Shown: piece by piece, positions 9,866-19,970 of the stretch
Position numbering within the stretch: the first letter of the stretch is position 1
Layout of the letters: each line of letters begins with the position of its first letter
DNA from: Gammaproteobacteria bacterium
GTDB lineage: Bacteria; Pseudomonadota; Gammaproteobacteria; GCA-001735895
Length of the DNA stretch: 41,101 nucleotides
Assembly: GCA_024222685.1 (NCBI GenBank)
Contig: JAAEOZ010000158.1
Coordinates: 1 to 41,101, forward strand
Reading direction: 5' to 3'
Notes under the pieces: model-generated
Told to the model about the DNA's origin: nothing
The model's database searches: none
What the model saw: only the letters and a program-made list of their open reading frames with translations
Made by a program: the position numbers and the translations under genes

Positions 9866-11001
9866 CTCTGAACATTGTTGCTGACTGTAATATTCCACAG
9901 GTTACTGAGGCATTTAAGGATATAGGTAATGTCATTCTGATACCGGGTCGCGAAATCGACAAAAGCCACCTGGTTGACTGCCGGGCGCTGCTTGTTAGAA
10001 CGGTCACCGAGGTGAGCCCTGAATTGCTGGAAGGTACCCCTGTAGAATTTGTCGGTACTGCAACCATTGGAACCGACCACGTCGACCAGGATTACCTGGC
10101 TCGTAAAAAAATTGCTTTCAGTAATGCCGCAGGCTGTAACGCCGAGGCCGCATCGGAATATGTTATTAGCGGATTGTTTGCATTATCTCAAAAAAATGGC
10201 TTCGACCCATTTAAGTTGAAAGCTGGAATTATTGGCTGTGGCAATGTGGGTTCTCGTGTTTATCATAAACTCACGGCGCTTGGCATTGACTGCCTGTGCA
10301 ATGATCCACCTTTGGCAAATAAAAGCGTCGCCAAAGAATATGTAGATTTAGACACCATCATAAAGCAGTGTGATTTTATTACCTTGCACGTGCCATTAAC
10401 CCTTAATGGTGAGTTCCAAACGAAACACCTTTTTGATTTCAAAAGATTATCCCAGTTGCGTCAAAACTGTCTGTTAGTCAATGCCGCTAGAGGCCCGGTA
10501 ATTGATAATCAGGCTTTGCTGGGGGTCATCAAAAATCGATCCGATCTAATAGTTTTCCTCGACACCTGGGAAAACGAACCGACACCATCAGGAGAACTGC
10601 TTACAAGCGTCGATCTCGCCACACCACATATCGCCGGATACAGTGTCGAGGGAAGATTGCGAGGTACACAGATGATACTGGACGCGACCTGTAAACATTT
10701 TAATAAAACAGGTAATTGGCATATGTCACAGATGCTACCAGATGCTGTTGATCTTGAAGCTGAGCCAAACAATGATCATCTCGCTTACTGGCAAAATGTA
10801 TTTTTCAAACACCATGATATTCAACAAGATCACTCGGCTTTATTAAAACTACCTGAACTGGACAAAAGTGAGATCGGGACTTATTTCGATAGCTTGCGAC
10901 GTGTCTACCCGGACAGGTTTGAATATCCGCGATACCGAATAGGTATAGCCAAAAAAAAAGCAGCCGCGATTGCTCGCAGGCTGCATTTTAATGTTATTTA
11001 A
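9862..11001 (+). CDS. pdxB: 4-phosphoerythronate dehydrogenase
   Basis: PdxB-like start (MTLNIVADCNIP...), FVGTATIGTDHVD, NAD-binding GIIGCGNVGSRV, NAARGPVIDN and HIAGYSVEG. It overlaps the argE stop in an ATGA junction. Confidence 0.88.
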   Translation: MTLNIVADCNIPQVTEAFKDIGNVILIPGREIDKSHLVDCRALLVRTVTEVSPELLEGTPVEFVGTATIGTDHVDQDYLARKKIAFSNAAGCNAEAASEYVISGLFALSQKNGFDPFKLKAGIIGCGNVGSRVYHKLTALGIDCLCNDPPLANKSVAKEYVDLDTIIKQCDFITLHVPLTLNGEFQTKHLFDFKRLSQLRQNCLLVNAARGPVIDNQALLGVIKNRSDLIVFLDTWENEPTPSGELLTSVDLATPHIAGYSVEGRLRGTQMILDATCKHFNKTGNWHMSQMLPDAVDLEAEPNNDHLAYWQNVFFKHHDIQQDHSALLKLPELDKSEIGTYFDSLRRVYPDRFEYPRYRIGIAKKKAAAIARRLHFNVI

Positions 11002-11013
11002 AACAATACTATT

Positions 11014-13134
11014 TTAAGGCGACGGGGCCTGCAACAGGGTGTCGTCAGTAACGTCTACAGCAGCACCATCACTCGCCAGAAAGGTTGCCGCCAGAGTCTG
11101 AATCTCAACCCTGACCAACGTATTGGTAGCCTCAGTATTGAAATCATCAGCATCGGCACTGAGCAAAGATGAATGATTACCGACAGCAAATTTAATGCTA
11201 TGTTTTAAATCTGCACCGGCCTGATCACTATTAACCTGAGTCAACCCCAGCAACTCCAACATAGGTTCGGTTCCGGCCAAAGGTGCAGCTACTGTCAAGC
11301 CCGAGGTATCATTACTATCAGGTACAGTATTCGGCACTACCAGATCTGATGGCGATGCATTACCGCCCTGGATTTCAAAATATAAAATCCCCTGTGTTTT
11401 TGCTGCCAACGTTGCTGCATAGTTGACTGAATCGCCAGAATCGACCACTGTTTGCGCCGCTCCAATAAATGACTCGTAGTCAGCAGTACCCTTGATAACA
11501 CCACTTGCCTCGAGACCAGCAACAATAGTCGGAGAAAATGCAGCTGAACCATCGAGAACCTTGGGCAGTGAACCGCCCCCGAATGCAAATGCCGCATCTC
11601 TGACATTTGATTCTAACGCCGTAAAAGTCGTACCTACGATTGCACCGAGAGAATGGCCAAGAAAATAAATCCTGGTTTCGTCAAATGTAGCTGCGCCCGC
11701 TGTCATGTTACCGACTGCATAAGTCAGTGCAAACAGATCAGATACTGACTGTCGCAGGTTATCACGCGTATTTAATAAATTAGTCAAATTGATAAAGTGT
11801 TTACCTGAAGTATCGGTAACACTGTCGGGTCCGGCAGCCGAAGTATCATTGTCAACCAGATCAAGATCGAATGTTCTTTCGCCCACTCCTGGAAAAGCAC
11901 CATAAAACGCCTCAGTACCGTTGGTTTCATCGCCTGTTAGACCATGCAAAGGCATATCGATAGCAACCACCGCTAGTCCTGCGCTGGCAAATGCATCGGC
12001 TACCGCCAACATTGTTGCCCTGTTGGAAGTAATTCCATGCTGATAAATCACGACCGGATAGCCCGCGGCGGGTATAACAGATTTCGGTACAGAAACCATC
12101 AAGGGGATAGTCTGATCAGATGTTTTAACAACACCGGGGTTGAAGCGAGATAGATTCGAACCTGCAGCACCCTGCCAGAAAGACGCTAATGGGGTTGAAT
12201 CATTAGCACCTGTCGCTGCTGTCAGATAGTAAGGTACGGTTACACTGCCAATCCAGATATCAGCCGCACCCAATGCAGAATCCGCCGCACTATCGACCAA
12301 CACTGAACCCGGCACAGCGCCACCACGGATATCGGTGCGTACCTGAGTTAATACATTACCAATCGATTGGGTAGAAAATAACCAGCTCATAATGATATCA
12401 CCCGTATCCAGAGTGGTATCAAAAGCGGCCAATGTTGCTTCGCTGGTGCTGGTTATCAGGCGCAATGGTTCAAGTGAGGTAGCCTCGGCATCGCTAAGTG
12501 CCGGGTTCTGACTGATGCCGCCATCAACAAGCGGGGTAGTCAGCTTTGATAAAGCATAGGCACCGGATACACCCATTTGATTGCCATCTGAACTTGTCAG
12601 CTCATTAGTAATAACAACATAATAAGCTGATGAAGCATTTAATGGTTTCAGCGGAACTATAGCCAGCGACTGACCGCTAGAGTCAACCGAAGATACGGAA
12701 CCGACAAAATCAACTCCGTAGGTCAGTTCGTCGTTTATTGCAACAGCGGGTCCACCGGGTTGAGGAGTAGTAGATAAAGTCACTTCATAAAGCTTGATAC
12801 TATCTCCGCTTAGTGACGCAGCCTGAATTTCACCTGTGAAGGCCGTAGTGATGGGTGCGATAGTTGAAAATCCATCAAGACCATTTAAAGCCACCTGCGG
12901 ATCAGACAAATCATCCTCATCCACGACAGGAATATTTAAGGTTCCATCTGCAGAATCTGCAAACAGCAAATCGTTAGGAAACGGGATAACGCTGTTTGAT
13001 GGATCATAATTACTAATCGCAGTTGATTCGACAATTGATTCCTGCAGATCAGTATCAGGATCAGATTCACAGGCTACCAGTATCGAAGCCGAAAGCGCCA
13101 GTAATATCAGTTTATAGACATTCAAATTCATCAT
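11014..13134 (-). CDS. VolA/Pla-1/Cef-like lipoprotein lipase (secreted or surface esterase)
   Basis: Lipobox LSASILVAC after a signal peptide and a Ser nucleophile elbow YFLGHSLGAIVG. The long Ala/Ser/Thr/Asp-rich N-terminal half resembles bacterial virulence-factor lipases. It lies 11 nt downstream of the fadL-family gene. Confidence 0.75.
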   Translation of the reverse strand: MMNLNVYKLILLALSASILVACESDPDTDLQESIVESTAISNYDPSNSVIPFPNDLLFADSADGTLNIPVVDEDDLSDPQVALNGLDGFSTIAPITTAFTGEIQAASLSGDSIKLYEVTLSTTPQPGGPAVAINDELTYGVDFVGSVSSVDSSGQSLAIVPLKPLNASSAYYVVITNELTSSDGNQMGVSGAYALSKLTTPLVDGGISQNPALSDAEATSLEPLRLITSTSEATLAAFDTTLDTGDIIMSWLFSTQSIGNVLTQVRTDIRGGAVPGSVLVDSAADSALGAADIWIGSVTVPYYLTAATGANDSTPLASFWQGAAGSNLSRFNPGVVKTSDQTIPLMVSVPKSVIPAAGYPVVIYQHGITSNRATMLAVADAFASAGLAVVAIDMPLHGLTGDETNGTEAFYGAFPGVGERTFDLDLVDNDTSAAGPDSVTDTSGKHFINLTNLLNTRDNLRQSVSDLFALTYAVGNMTAGAATFDETRIYFLGHSLGAIVGTTFTALESNVRDAAFAFGGGSLPKVLDGSAAFSPTIVAGLEASGVIKGTADYESFIGAAQTVVDSGDSVNYAATLAAKTQGILYFEIQGGNASPSDLVVPNTVPDSNDTSGLTVAAPLAGTEPMLELLGLTQVNSDQAGADLKHSIKFAVGNHSSLLSADADDFNTEATNTLVRVEIQTLAATFLASDGAAVDVTDDTLLQAPSP

Positions 13135-13145
13135 TTATTCCTCTC

Positions 13146-14510
13146 TCAGTACTGCCAGTTTAACTGGACACTTAAGATATCGACCGAAGCTTCATATTCA
13201 CCTTTCAAATTCGCCGCGAGCGTTGGTACGCTGCTTTCGAATTCATTGTTGATCTTCGTATCGTCTATAAACAGATGTGAATAACCAACATCAATGGTCA
13301 AGTCATCATCCCACAGGTAAGTCAGACCGAAAGACAACCAGGTACGACTATCGCCCGGCAGTCTTGGCGTTCTCCGCTCTGAACTCGGAACAGGCGTTTC
13401 ATCTAACGCGATACCTGAACGCAATATCATATCGTCGGCATATTGATAGTCGAAGCCAACCGAGTAGCGAAATGTATCGTCCCAGTCCTCGGTGGTGACC
13501 GAGTCCGGCTGGTCATCGTTTTCATATTCGATCTTTAACTCGTCGAATGAACTCCAGCCGGTCCAGGTGATATCAGCTAACCAGGTAAAATCGTCAACTT
13601 TATGCGCAACACTAAGAGCCAGGCTCGCAGGCAGAGTTACCCCGGCCTCAATATCGCTATCTAAAAACAGGCCACCGGACATGACAAACGAGGCGGGTGC
13701 CGGTACAGTGAAATCAGCTTCTCCCTCAAGATCCAGATCAATTTCTGAGCGATAGGAAAGACCAAAAGTAGTCTGCTCCGATATCAGGTACTGCAACCCG
13801 AAGTTAAATCCAAATGCCGGATCACTTAAATTATCACCTTCCAGATCCGCAAAACCATCAGTTTGCTGTGGCGAGCAACTCGCGCTGGCGACCCCTTGTG
13901 CCGCACAGATTGCGCCGAAATCTATCGCATTAGTGAATACAATGTCACCAAATAAAACATCGATTCCGCCTCCTATCGACAATTTGTCGTTGACGCGATA
14001 TGCCAGGCTTGGATTTATATTGATTGTTTTAAGATCGGACTCAACGCCGTGATATCGACCTACCCAGTCATCATCATATTTTGTCGCCAGGCCAAATAGC
14101 GTTTGTACACCGAGGCCGAATTTGGTTTGATCATTGATACCCTTAACCCAGTATAAGTTTGGTACCAGTGCATTAAAACCACCATCGTCATTACTACCGC
14201 CCAGCGCAGGACTACCTAAAGCGGCGGCTGCGGTGGAGCCATCATTTGTAAATTTGGAATCAGGCTTTATGAAATGACCTGCAACCGACAGACTATCTCC
14301 ATCGAGTTGCATCATTCCAGCCGGATTAAAAAAAACAGTCGAAGCATCTACAGCATGCGCAGCGGCACCTGCGTAAGCATTGCCCTGTCCGCTACCACCA
14401 TTTTCAATAAGCGCGAAGCCCGAAGCCTGAACCAGCCCTGGCGATGCTAGCGCAGCCAGACCCCCCAGTAATAATTTTCTATAATGATTACGCGAATGAC
14501 TCATGTACAC
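13146..14510 (-). CDS. fadL: FadL/TodX-family outer-membrane long-chain fatty-acid or hydrophobic-compound channel
   Basis: Signal peptide ends in ...SPGLVQA. The hatch-like N-terminus SGFALIENGGSGQGNAYAGAA matches the FadL family. Composition is Gly/Asp/Tyr-rich beta-barrel with an aromatic C-terminus (LNWQY). Confidence 0.8.
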   Translation of the reverse strand: MYMSHSRNHYRKLLLGGLAALASPGLVQASGFALIENGGSGQGNAYAGAAAHAVDASTVFFNPAGMMQLDGDSLSVAGHFIKPDSKFTNDGSTAAAALGSPALGGSNDDGGFNALVPNLYWVKGINDQTKFGLGVQTLFGLATKYDDDWVGRYHGVESDLKTININPSLAYRVNDKLSIGGGIDVLFGDIVFTNAIDFGAICAAQGVASASCSPQQTDGFADLEGDNLSDPAFGFNFGLQYLISEQTTFGLSYRSEIDLDLEGEADFTVPAPASFVMSGGLFLDSDIEAGVTLPASLALSVAHKVDDFTWLADITWTGWSSFDELKIEYENDDQPDSVTTEDWDDTFRYSVGFDYQYADDMILRSGIALDETPVPSSERRTPRLPGDSRTWLSFGLTYLWDDDLTIDVGYSHLFIDDTKINNEFESSVPTLAANLKGEYEASVDILSVQLNWQY

Positions 14511-14572
14511 CCCAGCCTGTTTTATTTTAGTTTCAAAATGATACTATTCTAATTTATAAATACAACCTGCCT

Positions 14573-14881
14573 ATGCAAAGACTAGACAAACTTACTTATG
14601 TAGATAAAAGCTATATCCATGGTTACGGATTGTACGCGCGCATTCCGATTGGTAAAGGCTCAATTATCGGAAAACTAGAAGGCAGACCATCTCAGGAGGA
14701 TGGAAGCTATGTGCTATGGTTATCCGAAACGGAAAGATTCGAAGTCAGCTGCCATCTCAAATACATCAACCACTCAGACAGTCCTAATGCCTGTTATTAT
14801 GATGATTTAACTGTTGTTGCGATTCGCGATATCGCTACAGATGAAGAAATTACGCATGATTATGAAGCTGCTGACTGGTAA
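14573..14881 (+). CDS. minimal SET-domain protein (putative protein-lysine methyltransferase)
   Basis: The 102 aa protein carries the three SET signatures: GYGLYA (GxG), INHSDSPN (NHSxxPN) and EEITHDY (ELxxDY). Confidence 0.75.
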   Translation: MQRLDKLTYVDKSYIHGYGLYARIPIGKGSIIGKLEGRPSQEDGSYVLWLSETERFEVSCHLKYINHSDSPNACYYDDLTVVAIRDIATDEEITHDYEAADW

Positions 14882-14968
14882 TATCACAGAATCTTCATAA
14901 CCTTTAAGCATATCAATGAAAACAGTAAGATATAATACGGCCCTTCAATTTCGAGATACAGGAAAACA

Positions 14969-15595
14969 ATGAATACCGCTGAAGCTGCAAAATTTAATAT
15001 GGTCGAGCAACAGATGCGTCCCTGGGAAATTCTCGATCCTGCGGTGATACATGTAATCAAATCTCTCGACCGAGCAGATTTTGTCAGGGACGATTACAAA
15101 GGTCTTGCCTATGCGGATTGCCGAATACCCTGCGGAAATGATGCACAGATGCTACCACCAACAATCGAAGGCAGGCTGTTACAGGCGCTCATGATCGAAC
15201 CATCCGACACTGTTCTCGAAATAGGATCTGGCTCAGGTTACGTCACTGCCTGTCTGGCTTCACTGGGTAAGCAGGTGCTCAGTATTGATATCGATGGAGA
15301 AAACCTTGATTTTGCCAGGCAAAATGTAGCGAATGCAGGACTATCCAATGTCGAGTTCAAAGCCGCCGACGGTTTGAACTGCGAATATCAGGAATGTTAT
15401 GACGTTATCGCTGTTACCGGCTCTGTCTCAGAAATTCCCGACAACCTGAAACAATCCCTCAGCCACGGAGGTCGTATGTTTATAGTTGAAGGACGATCAC
15501 CGGCCATGCAGGCAATGTTAATTACTCGTATCGGTGATACTGAATGGACTACACTATCGCTATTCGAGACAGACCTCGCGGCATTACAATCCTGA
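14969..15595 (+). CDS. protein-L-isoaspartate O-methyltransferase-family (Pcm-like) SAM methyltransferase
   Basis: SAM-binding motif VLEIGSGSGYVTA in a 208 aa protein with Pcm-like layout (...QMLPPTIEGRLLQAL...). Confidence 0.7.
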   Translation: MNTAEAAKFNMVEQQMRPWEILDPAVIHVIKSLDRADFVRDDYKGLAYADCRIPCGNDAQMLPPTIEGRLLQALMIEPSDTVLEIGSGSGYVTACLASLGKQVLSIDIDGENLDFARQNVANAGLSNVEFKAADGLNCEYQECYDVIAVTGSVSEIPDNLKQSLSHGGRMFIVEGRSPAMQAMLITRIGDTEWTTLSLFETDLAALQS

Positions 15596-15815
15596 AATAA
15601 TCTAGTCCATAGGCGAAGTTGGACGGTGGCATGGATGCCTGGGCACGCCACATCGAACGTAATATCACGATTTACTGATTTGATTGCTAACCCCGTGAAC
15701 TTTATTTAAAAACACGTTGAATAAGATACAAATAAAACCGGCGATTCTTTATAATCCTCGCCAGGGGTGCAACTCAACCCCTAAATTAATAATTCATCAA
15801 ACGGGGCCTGTCGAC

Positions 15816-17135
15816 GTGTTACAAAGATTATTGGTATTCATATTACTTGCCGCAAGCCAGCCGCTATTCGCACTGGATCTGACCGAGATTTACCACCTGG
15901 CATTAGAACAGGATGCAGAGCTAAAAATCGCCGAATCAAAATATCAGTCGGCAGTCGAAGCATTACCTCTGGCTAGTGCAGAGAATTTGCCACAAATCAA
16001 TTTTTCAACAAATATTACCGGTCGCGAAAGTGATTCTTCGGTGCCGCAATCCAGCGGTTTTTCCGGAAGCAATGAAGTTACCAGTTACGGCTTTAGAATC
16101 AACCTGACTCAAAGTATTTATAATGCAAAAACAATAGCTGGTGTCGATATTGCTGAAGCCCAGGTTGCAGGCGCCCTGGCTGAACTGGAAGCCAGTCAGC
16201 AGGAATTAATCATTCGGGTAGCGGATCGTTATTTCAATATTCTTGCAGCCGGAGACAATGTCGAATTCGCTATCGCCGAAAAGAATGCTATCGCCCGTCA
16301 GCTTGAACAGGCACAGAAACGATTTGAAGTCGGCCTGATTGCTATAACCGATGTGCATGAGGCACAGGCCCGCTACGATAGCGCCGTTGCTCAGGAACTA
16401 CTCGCCGAAAATTTACTGGAAAATGCTTATCAGGCACTCGAAGTCATCATTTCACATGTACCTTCTCTGACACTGGCCCGACTCGGTAAACAGCTCGATC
16501 TCAGCATACCGGCACCAACTAATAGCGATGAATGGGTTGATCTCGCATTAAAAAATAACCGCAGCCTGATTTCGTCTCTGGCAGCCCTCAATGTAGCAAA
16601 ACACACCCGCGAGCAGCAGGCAGGCGGAAACTACCCAACTATTGATTTTACTGCGAGCTATAGTGACGACTCATTCGACGATGATAACCTGGGTGATTAT
16701 GATCAGGAAGACATTACGCTCGCGTTTGAACTGAATCTACCACTATACACCGGCGGACGTATCAGTGCGGCAAAACAGCAGGCCGAATTCGACTACCAGG
16801 CTGCTCGCGATTCTACCCTGTTACAACGCCGACTGACATCACAGCAGACACGCGATACTTACCTTGGTGTGGTTTCCGGTATCAGTCAGGTCAAAGCACT
16901 ACGCCAGGCACTGAGTTCCAGCACAACCGCTCTAAAGGCTACTGAAGCCGGGTTTGAAGTCGGTACCCGAACATCCGTTGACGTACTGGTTTCGTTACGC
17001 GAAACCTACGGCGCTGAACGCGACTATGCCAGTGCCCGCTATGATTATTTGCTAAATATCCTCAGGTTAAAACAGGCTACGGGGCTTTTGAACCTTGAAG
17101 ATCTGGTAGAAATCAACCGGTGGCTTGTAAACTAG
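15816..17135 (+). CDS. tolC: TolC-family outer-membrane efflux/secretion channel
   Basis: Signal peptide LLVFILLAASQPLFA is followed by the TolC-typical LTEIYHLALEQDAELK. The protein has two internally repeated halves rich in Ala/Gln/Leu coiled coils. The start is placed at in-frame GTG 15816; the track ORF opens at TTG 15717, and that extension has no signal-peptide character. Confidence 0.85.
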   Translation: MLQRLLVFILLAASQPLFALDLTEIYHLALEQDAELKIAESKYQSAVEALPLASAENLPQINFSTNITGRESDSSVPQSSGFSGSNEVTSYGFRINLTQSIYNAKTIAGVDIAEAQVAGALAELEASQQELIIRVADRYFNILAAGDNVEFAIAEKNAIARQLEQAQKRFEVGLIAITDVHEAQARYDSAVAQELLAENLLENAYQALEVIISHVPSLTLARLGKQLDLSIPAPTNSDEWVDLALKNNRSLISSLAALNVAKHTREQQAGGNYPTIDFTASYSDDSFDDDNLGDYDQEDITLAFELNLPLYTGGRISAAKQQAEFDYQAARDSTLLQRRLTSQQTRDTYLGVVSGISQVKALRQALSSSTTALKATEAGFEVGTRTSVDVLVSLRETYGAERDYASARYDYLLNILRLKQATGLLNLEDLVEINRWLVN

Positions 17136-17139
17136 GCTA

Positions 17140-18066
17140 ATGTCTCAGCAACAGTCGGAGGAGTTTGCTGCTGGTCATTATCTACATCCCCGATACTGGC
17201 CGATGTGGCTGACAATTGGCTTATTGAGGCTAATCTCCTTTTTACCTTATAAAATACAGCTAGGTCTCGGCCGCCATCTCGGCAGTCTAATCCAGCTAGT
17301 ATCGGGCCCACGTCAGCGTATCGTTGATACTAATCTTGAAAATTGCCTTCCTGATCTTCCCGCTAAACAGCGTCAACAGATTAAAAATAGATGTTATAAA
17401 AATATCGGCGTCTCATTACTGGAAATGTCTATGTGCTGGTGGTGGTCTGAACAACGTCTCAGGCCACTGGCAGAAATCCGTGGGAAGGAACATATTGACG
17501 AGGCACTCGCCAGTGGTCGAGGGGTCATCCTGCTAACCGGACATTTTACCAGTCTTGAAATCGGCGCTCGTCTGTTAGCATTGTTCATGCCGATACAGGT
17601 CATGTACCGTACCCAGAAAAACAGACTCTTCGATAGCTACCTTTACAGTAAAAGAAACAGATACTTCGTTAATACCATATCCAGGAAGAACACTCGCCAG
17701 TTGATCAAAGGCATTAAGAATCAAATTCCGACCTGGTACGCTCCAGACCAGAATTTTCGCAAAGAACGTAACGTATTTGCACCGTTCATGGGGGTACAAA
17801 CGGCTACAATTACTGCCAGTTCCCGCCTTGCACAGTCATCCGGGGCTGTCATGTTACCCTTTTATCCTGAACGCAAACGGGACGGTTCCGGGTATATTTT
17901 ATGGATCGATCCACCGATAGACAATTTCCCCAGCGGCGATGACGTCATTGATGCCTCGGCCATTAACAATTCTATTGAAAATTTTGTGCGGCAACACCCA
18001 GACCACTATATGTGGATCCACCAACGTTTTAAAACACGACCACACGGCGAGCCGGGGTTTTACTAA
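17140..18066 (+). CDS. lpxL: lipid A biosynthesis (Kdo)2-lipid IVA lauroyl/myristoyl acyltransferase
   Basis: N-terminal HPRYWPMWL with a TM segment, acyltransferase Hx4E motif GHFTSLE, 308 aa, and a position immediately upstream of waaA. Confidence 0.85.
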   Translation: MSQQQSEEFAAGHYLHPRYWPMWLTIGLLRLISFLPYKIQLGLGRHLGSLIQLVSGPRQRIVDTNLENCLPDLPAKQRQQIKNRCYKNIGVSLLEMSMCWWWSEQRLRPLAEIRGKEHIDEALASGRGVILLTGHFTSLEIGARLLALFMPIQVMYRTQKNRLFDSYLYSKRNRYFVNTISRKNTRQLIKGIKNQIPTWYAPDQNFRKERNVFAPFMGVQTATITASSRLAQSSGAVMLPFYPERKRDGSGYILWIDPPIDNFPSGDDVIDASAINNSIENFVRQHPDHYMWIHQRFKTRPHGEPGFY

Positions 18067-18069
18067 CCA

Positions 18070-19287
18070 ATGAACGCTGAATCCCCCGGAATCGCATATA
18101 GAATCTTATCGCTATTGCTATTTCCGCTATGGTTAATTCACGCATTTATTCATGGGCGCAACCAGGATCAGGCGGATTACCTTAGACAGCGACTGTTAGG
18201 AAGCGACAAGCCGATACAAACATCATCAATCTGGGTTCACGCCTCTTCAGTTGGCGAAGTAAACGCGGTTACGCCGCTTGTCAGAGAATTACTTGAGGAT
18301 GGCGAGTATATTTTTTTTACCAGTTTTACCGCCACTGGATTACAGACCATACAACAAAATTTAAACACTCGGATTGTAACCACAGTTATCCCTGTAGACA
18401 TTCTACCCTGCTGTCGGCGATTCATTCGCCGTCACCAATTTAAACTTTGTCTGCTAATGGAGACTGAACTCTGGCCAGAGCTGCTTTATCAGGCCGCTAA
18501 TAATAAAGTACCCGTGGTACAGATCAATGCGAGATTATCGCAAAAAACCACCGAAGCGCCGATGTTTATCCGTTATCTGTTACGTCGTGCACTGGCAAAT
18601 ATTCAGTGCCACCTGGCAAGGAGTGAGCTCGACAAACAATTACTGATCGGTCTTGGTGCACAAAATAATCATATAAAAGTCATCGGCAATCTGAAATCTC
18701 GCACCGATTCCGAACAACCCTATACGAATTTAATCAATCACGACTACCTGTTACTGGCATCTACTCACGACGGCGAAGAGGCCCTGTTTCTTGACCATCG
18801 CAAATCGATAGAAACCCTTATCGTCATCGCACCCCGGCACCCTAAAAGAAGCGAGACAATCCAGAAATATCTATCGGCTGCAGGTATCAGATTTTCGGTT
18901 AGAAGCAAAGGTGAATCAATCTCAGCAGATACGCAGGTATACCTCGCCGACACACTTGGCGAGCTCAAAGGCCTGATGGCACACGCGACACTGGTAATCA
19001 TGGGTGGCTCTTTCGATCAGACCGGTGGACACAATCTAATAGAACCAGCGAGCCTCGGCTGCACAATAATTACTGGCCCATCGGATAGTAATATAGTGAA
19101 TGATATACAGCTACTGAGGGATGCTGTTACTCAGGTTGGAGATATTGAGGAATGCTGGAACAAGATTGAATATTTGATTGATAACCCCAAAGAAACACTA
19201 AAGCTTGGGATCAGGGCTCGGCGAATAATTCAGGATCAGGATGATGTTTTAGATGCATATCTAGAGGAAATTCGACCATTTTGCTGA
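18070..19287 (+). CDS. waaA: 3-deoxy-D-manno-octulosonic acid (Kdo) transferase
   Basis: IWVHASSVGEV matches the WaaA N-terminal signature. Also present are METELWPEL, the GT30 size (405 aa) and the C-terminal GGSF..GGHN.IEPA motif. Confidence 0.9.
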   Translation: MNAESPGIAYRILSLLLFPLWLIHAFIHGRNQDQADYLRQRLLGSDKPIQTSSIWVHASSVGEVNAVTPLVRELLEDGEYIFFTSFTATGLQTIQQNLNTRIVTTVIPVDILPCCRRFIRRHQFKLCLLMETELWPELLYQAANNKVPVVQINARLSQKTTEAPMFIRYLLRRALANIQCHLARSELDKQLLIGLGAQNNHIKVIGNLKSRTDSEQPYTNLINHDYLLLASTHDGEEALFLDHRKSIETLIVIAPRHPKRSETIQKYLSAAGIRFSVRSKGESISADTQVYLADTLGELKGLMAHATLVIMGGSFDQTGGHNLIEPASLGCTIITGPSDSNIVNDIQLLRDAVTQVGDIEECWNKIEYLIDNPKETLKLGIRARRIIQDQDDVLDAYLEEIRPFC

Positions 19288-19334
19288 AGGGATGATACCG
19301 GGTGTATTGAGATTAGCGTGGCCGTAGCGTTTTG

Positions 19335-19955
19335 TCAGCTCAGCAATCGCATCAGTAACAGCCCATCATGGATTAACAAAACCGCCAGCAGGCACATCGC
19401 CATGCCTAGCAAACGCATGATATTGATATAAAGCTCACCACTGAGGAAATCACGTGATCGCGCGGTAAGCATTGCGAGCAGGATCTTCGAGCCCACCATC
19501 AAACTGTAAAATCCAGTCAGAAACCCCAGCGCGTAAATCGGATTTTCCTGATACGCCCTGATAAGAATCGGTGCACCAACACCAACCCAGAACAGATAAG
19601 GCGATGGGCTTAATAAATTAGTCATAACTCCCTTAGCCAAAGACCTTTCCCGAACCTGTTCACCAGATATGATCACGGCCCTGATTCGAATCGAACCGAT
19701 ACCGAGATAAAACACGAAGATGCCACCGGCGATAGCAATTCCGCCAAGCAATGGCTCGACATGACTGACCTGCGACAACAGCAACAATACAAGGATAACA
19801 ATCGGTGTATCGGTAATCAGTGGAGCAACAGCGACCTTAACCCCCGCTGCCCTGCCATGTTGCAGGGTTTCAGCGATGACCAGAGTTAAAAGTGGCCCCG
19901 GTGCGAACCCCGAGGAAAGGCCCAGAATTGCGGCGAAAGTGAGGTAACTCAGCAT
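19335..19955 (-). CDS. LysE/RhtB-family amino-acid exporter
   Basis: 206 aa with six predicted TM segments. The N-terminus (FAAILGLSSGFAPGPLLTLVI) is typical of the LysE superfamily. Confidence 0.75.
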   Translation of the reverse strand: MLSYLTFAAILGLSSGFAPGPLLTLVIAETLQHGRAAGVKVAVAPLITDTPIVILVLLLLSQVSHVEPLLGGIAIAGGIFVFYLGIGSIRIRAVIISGEQVRERSLAKGVMTNLLSPSPYLFWVGVGAPILIRAYQENPIYALGFLTGFYSLMVGSKILLAMLTARSRDFLSGELYINIMRLLGMAMCLLAVLLIHDGLLLMRLLS

Positions 19956-19970
19956 GAATTATTATTGTCG

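Noticed and set aside
10951-10959. An A9 homopolymer in the 3' end of pdxB, considered as a possible phase-variation tract.
   Set aside because: It encodes KKK in the non-conserved C-terminal tail of a housekeeping gene. There is no rationale for switching, so it is probably chance.
15717-15815. A TTG-initiated 33-codon extension of tolC.
   Set aside because: The signal peptide begins only after the in-frame GTG at 15816. The extension would bury it.
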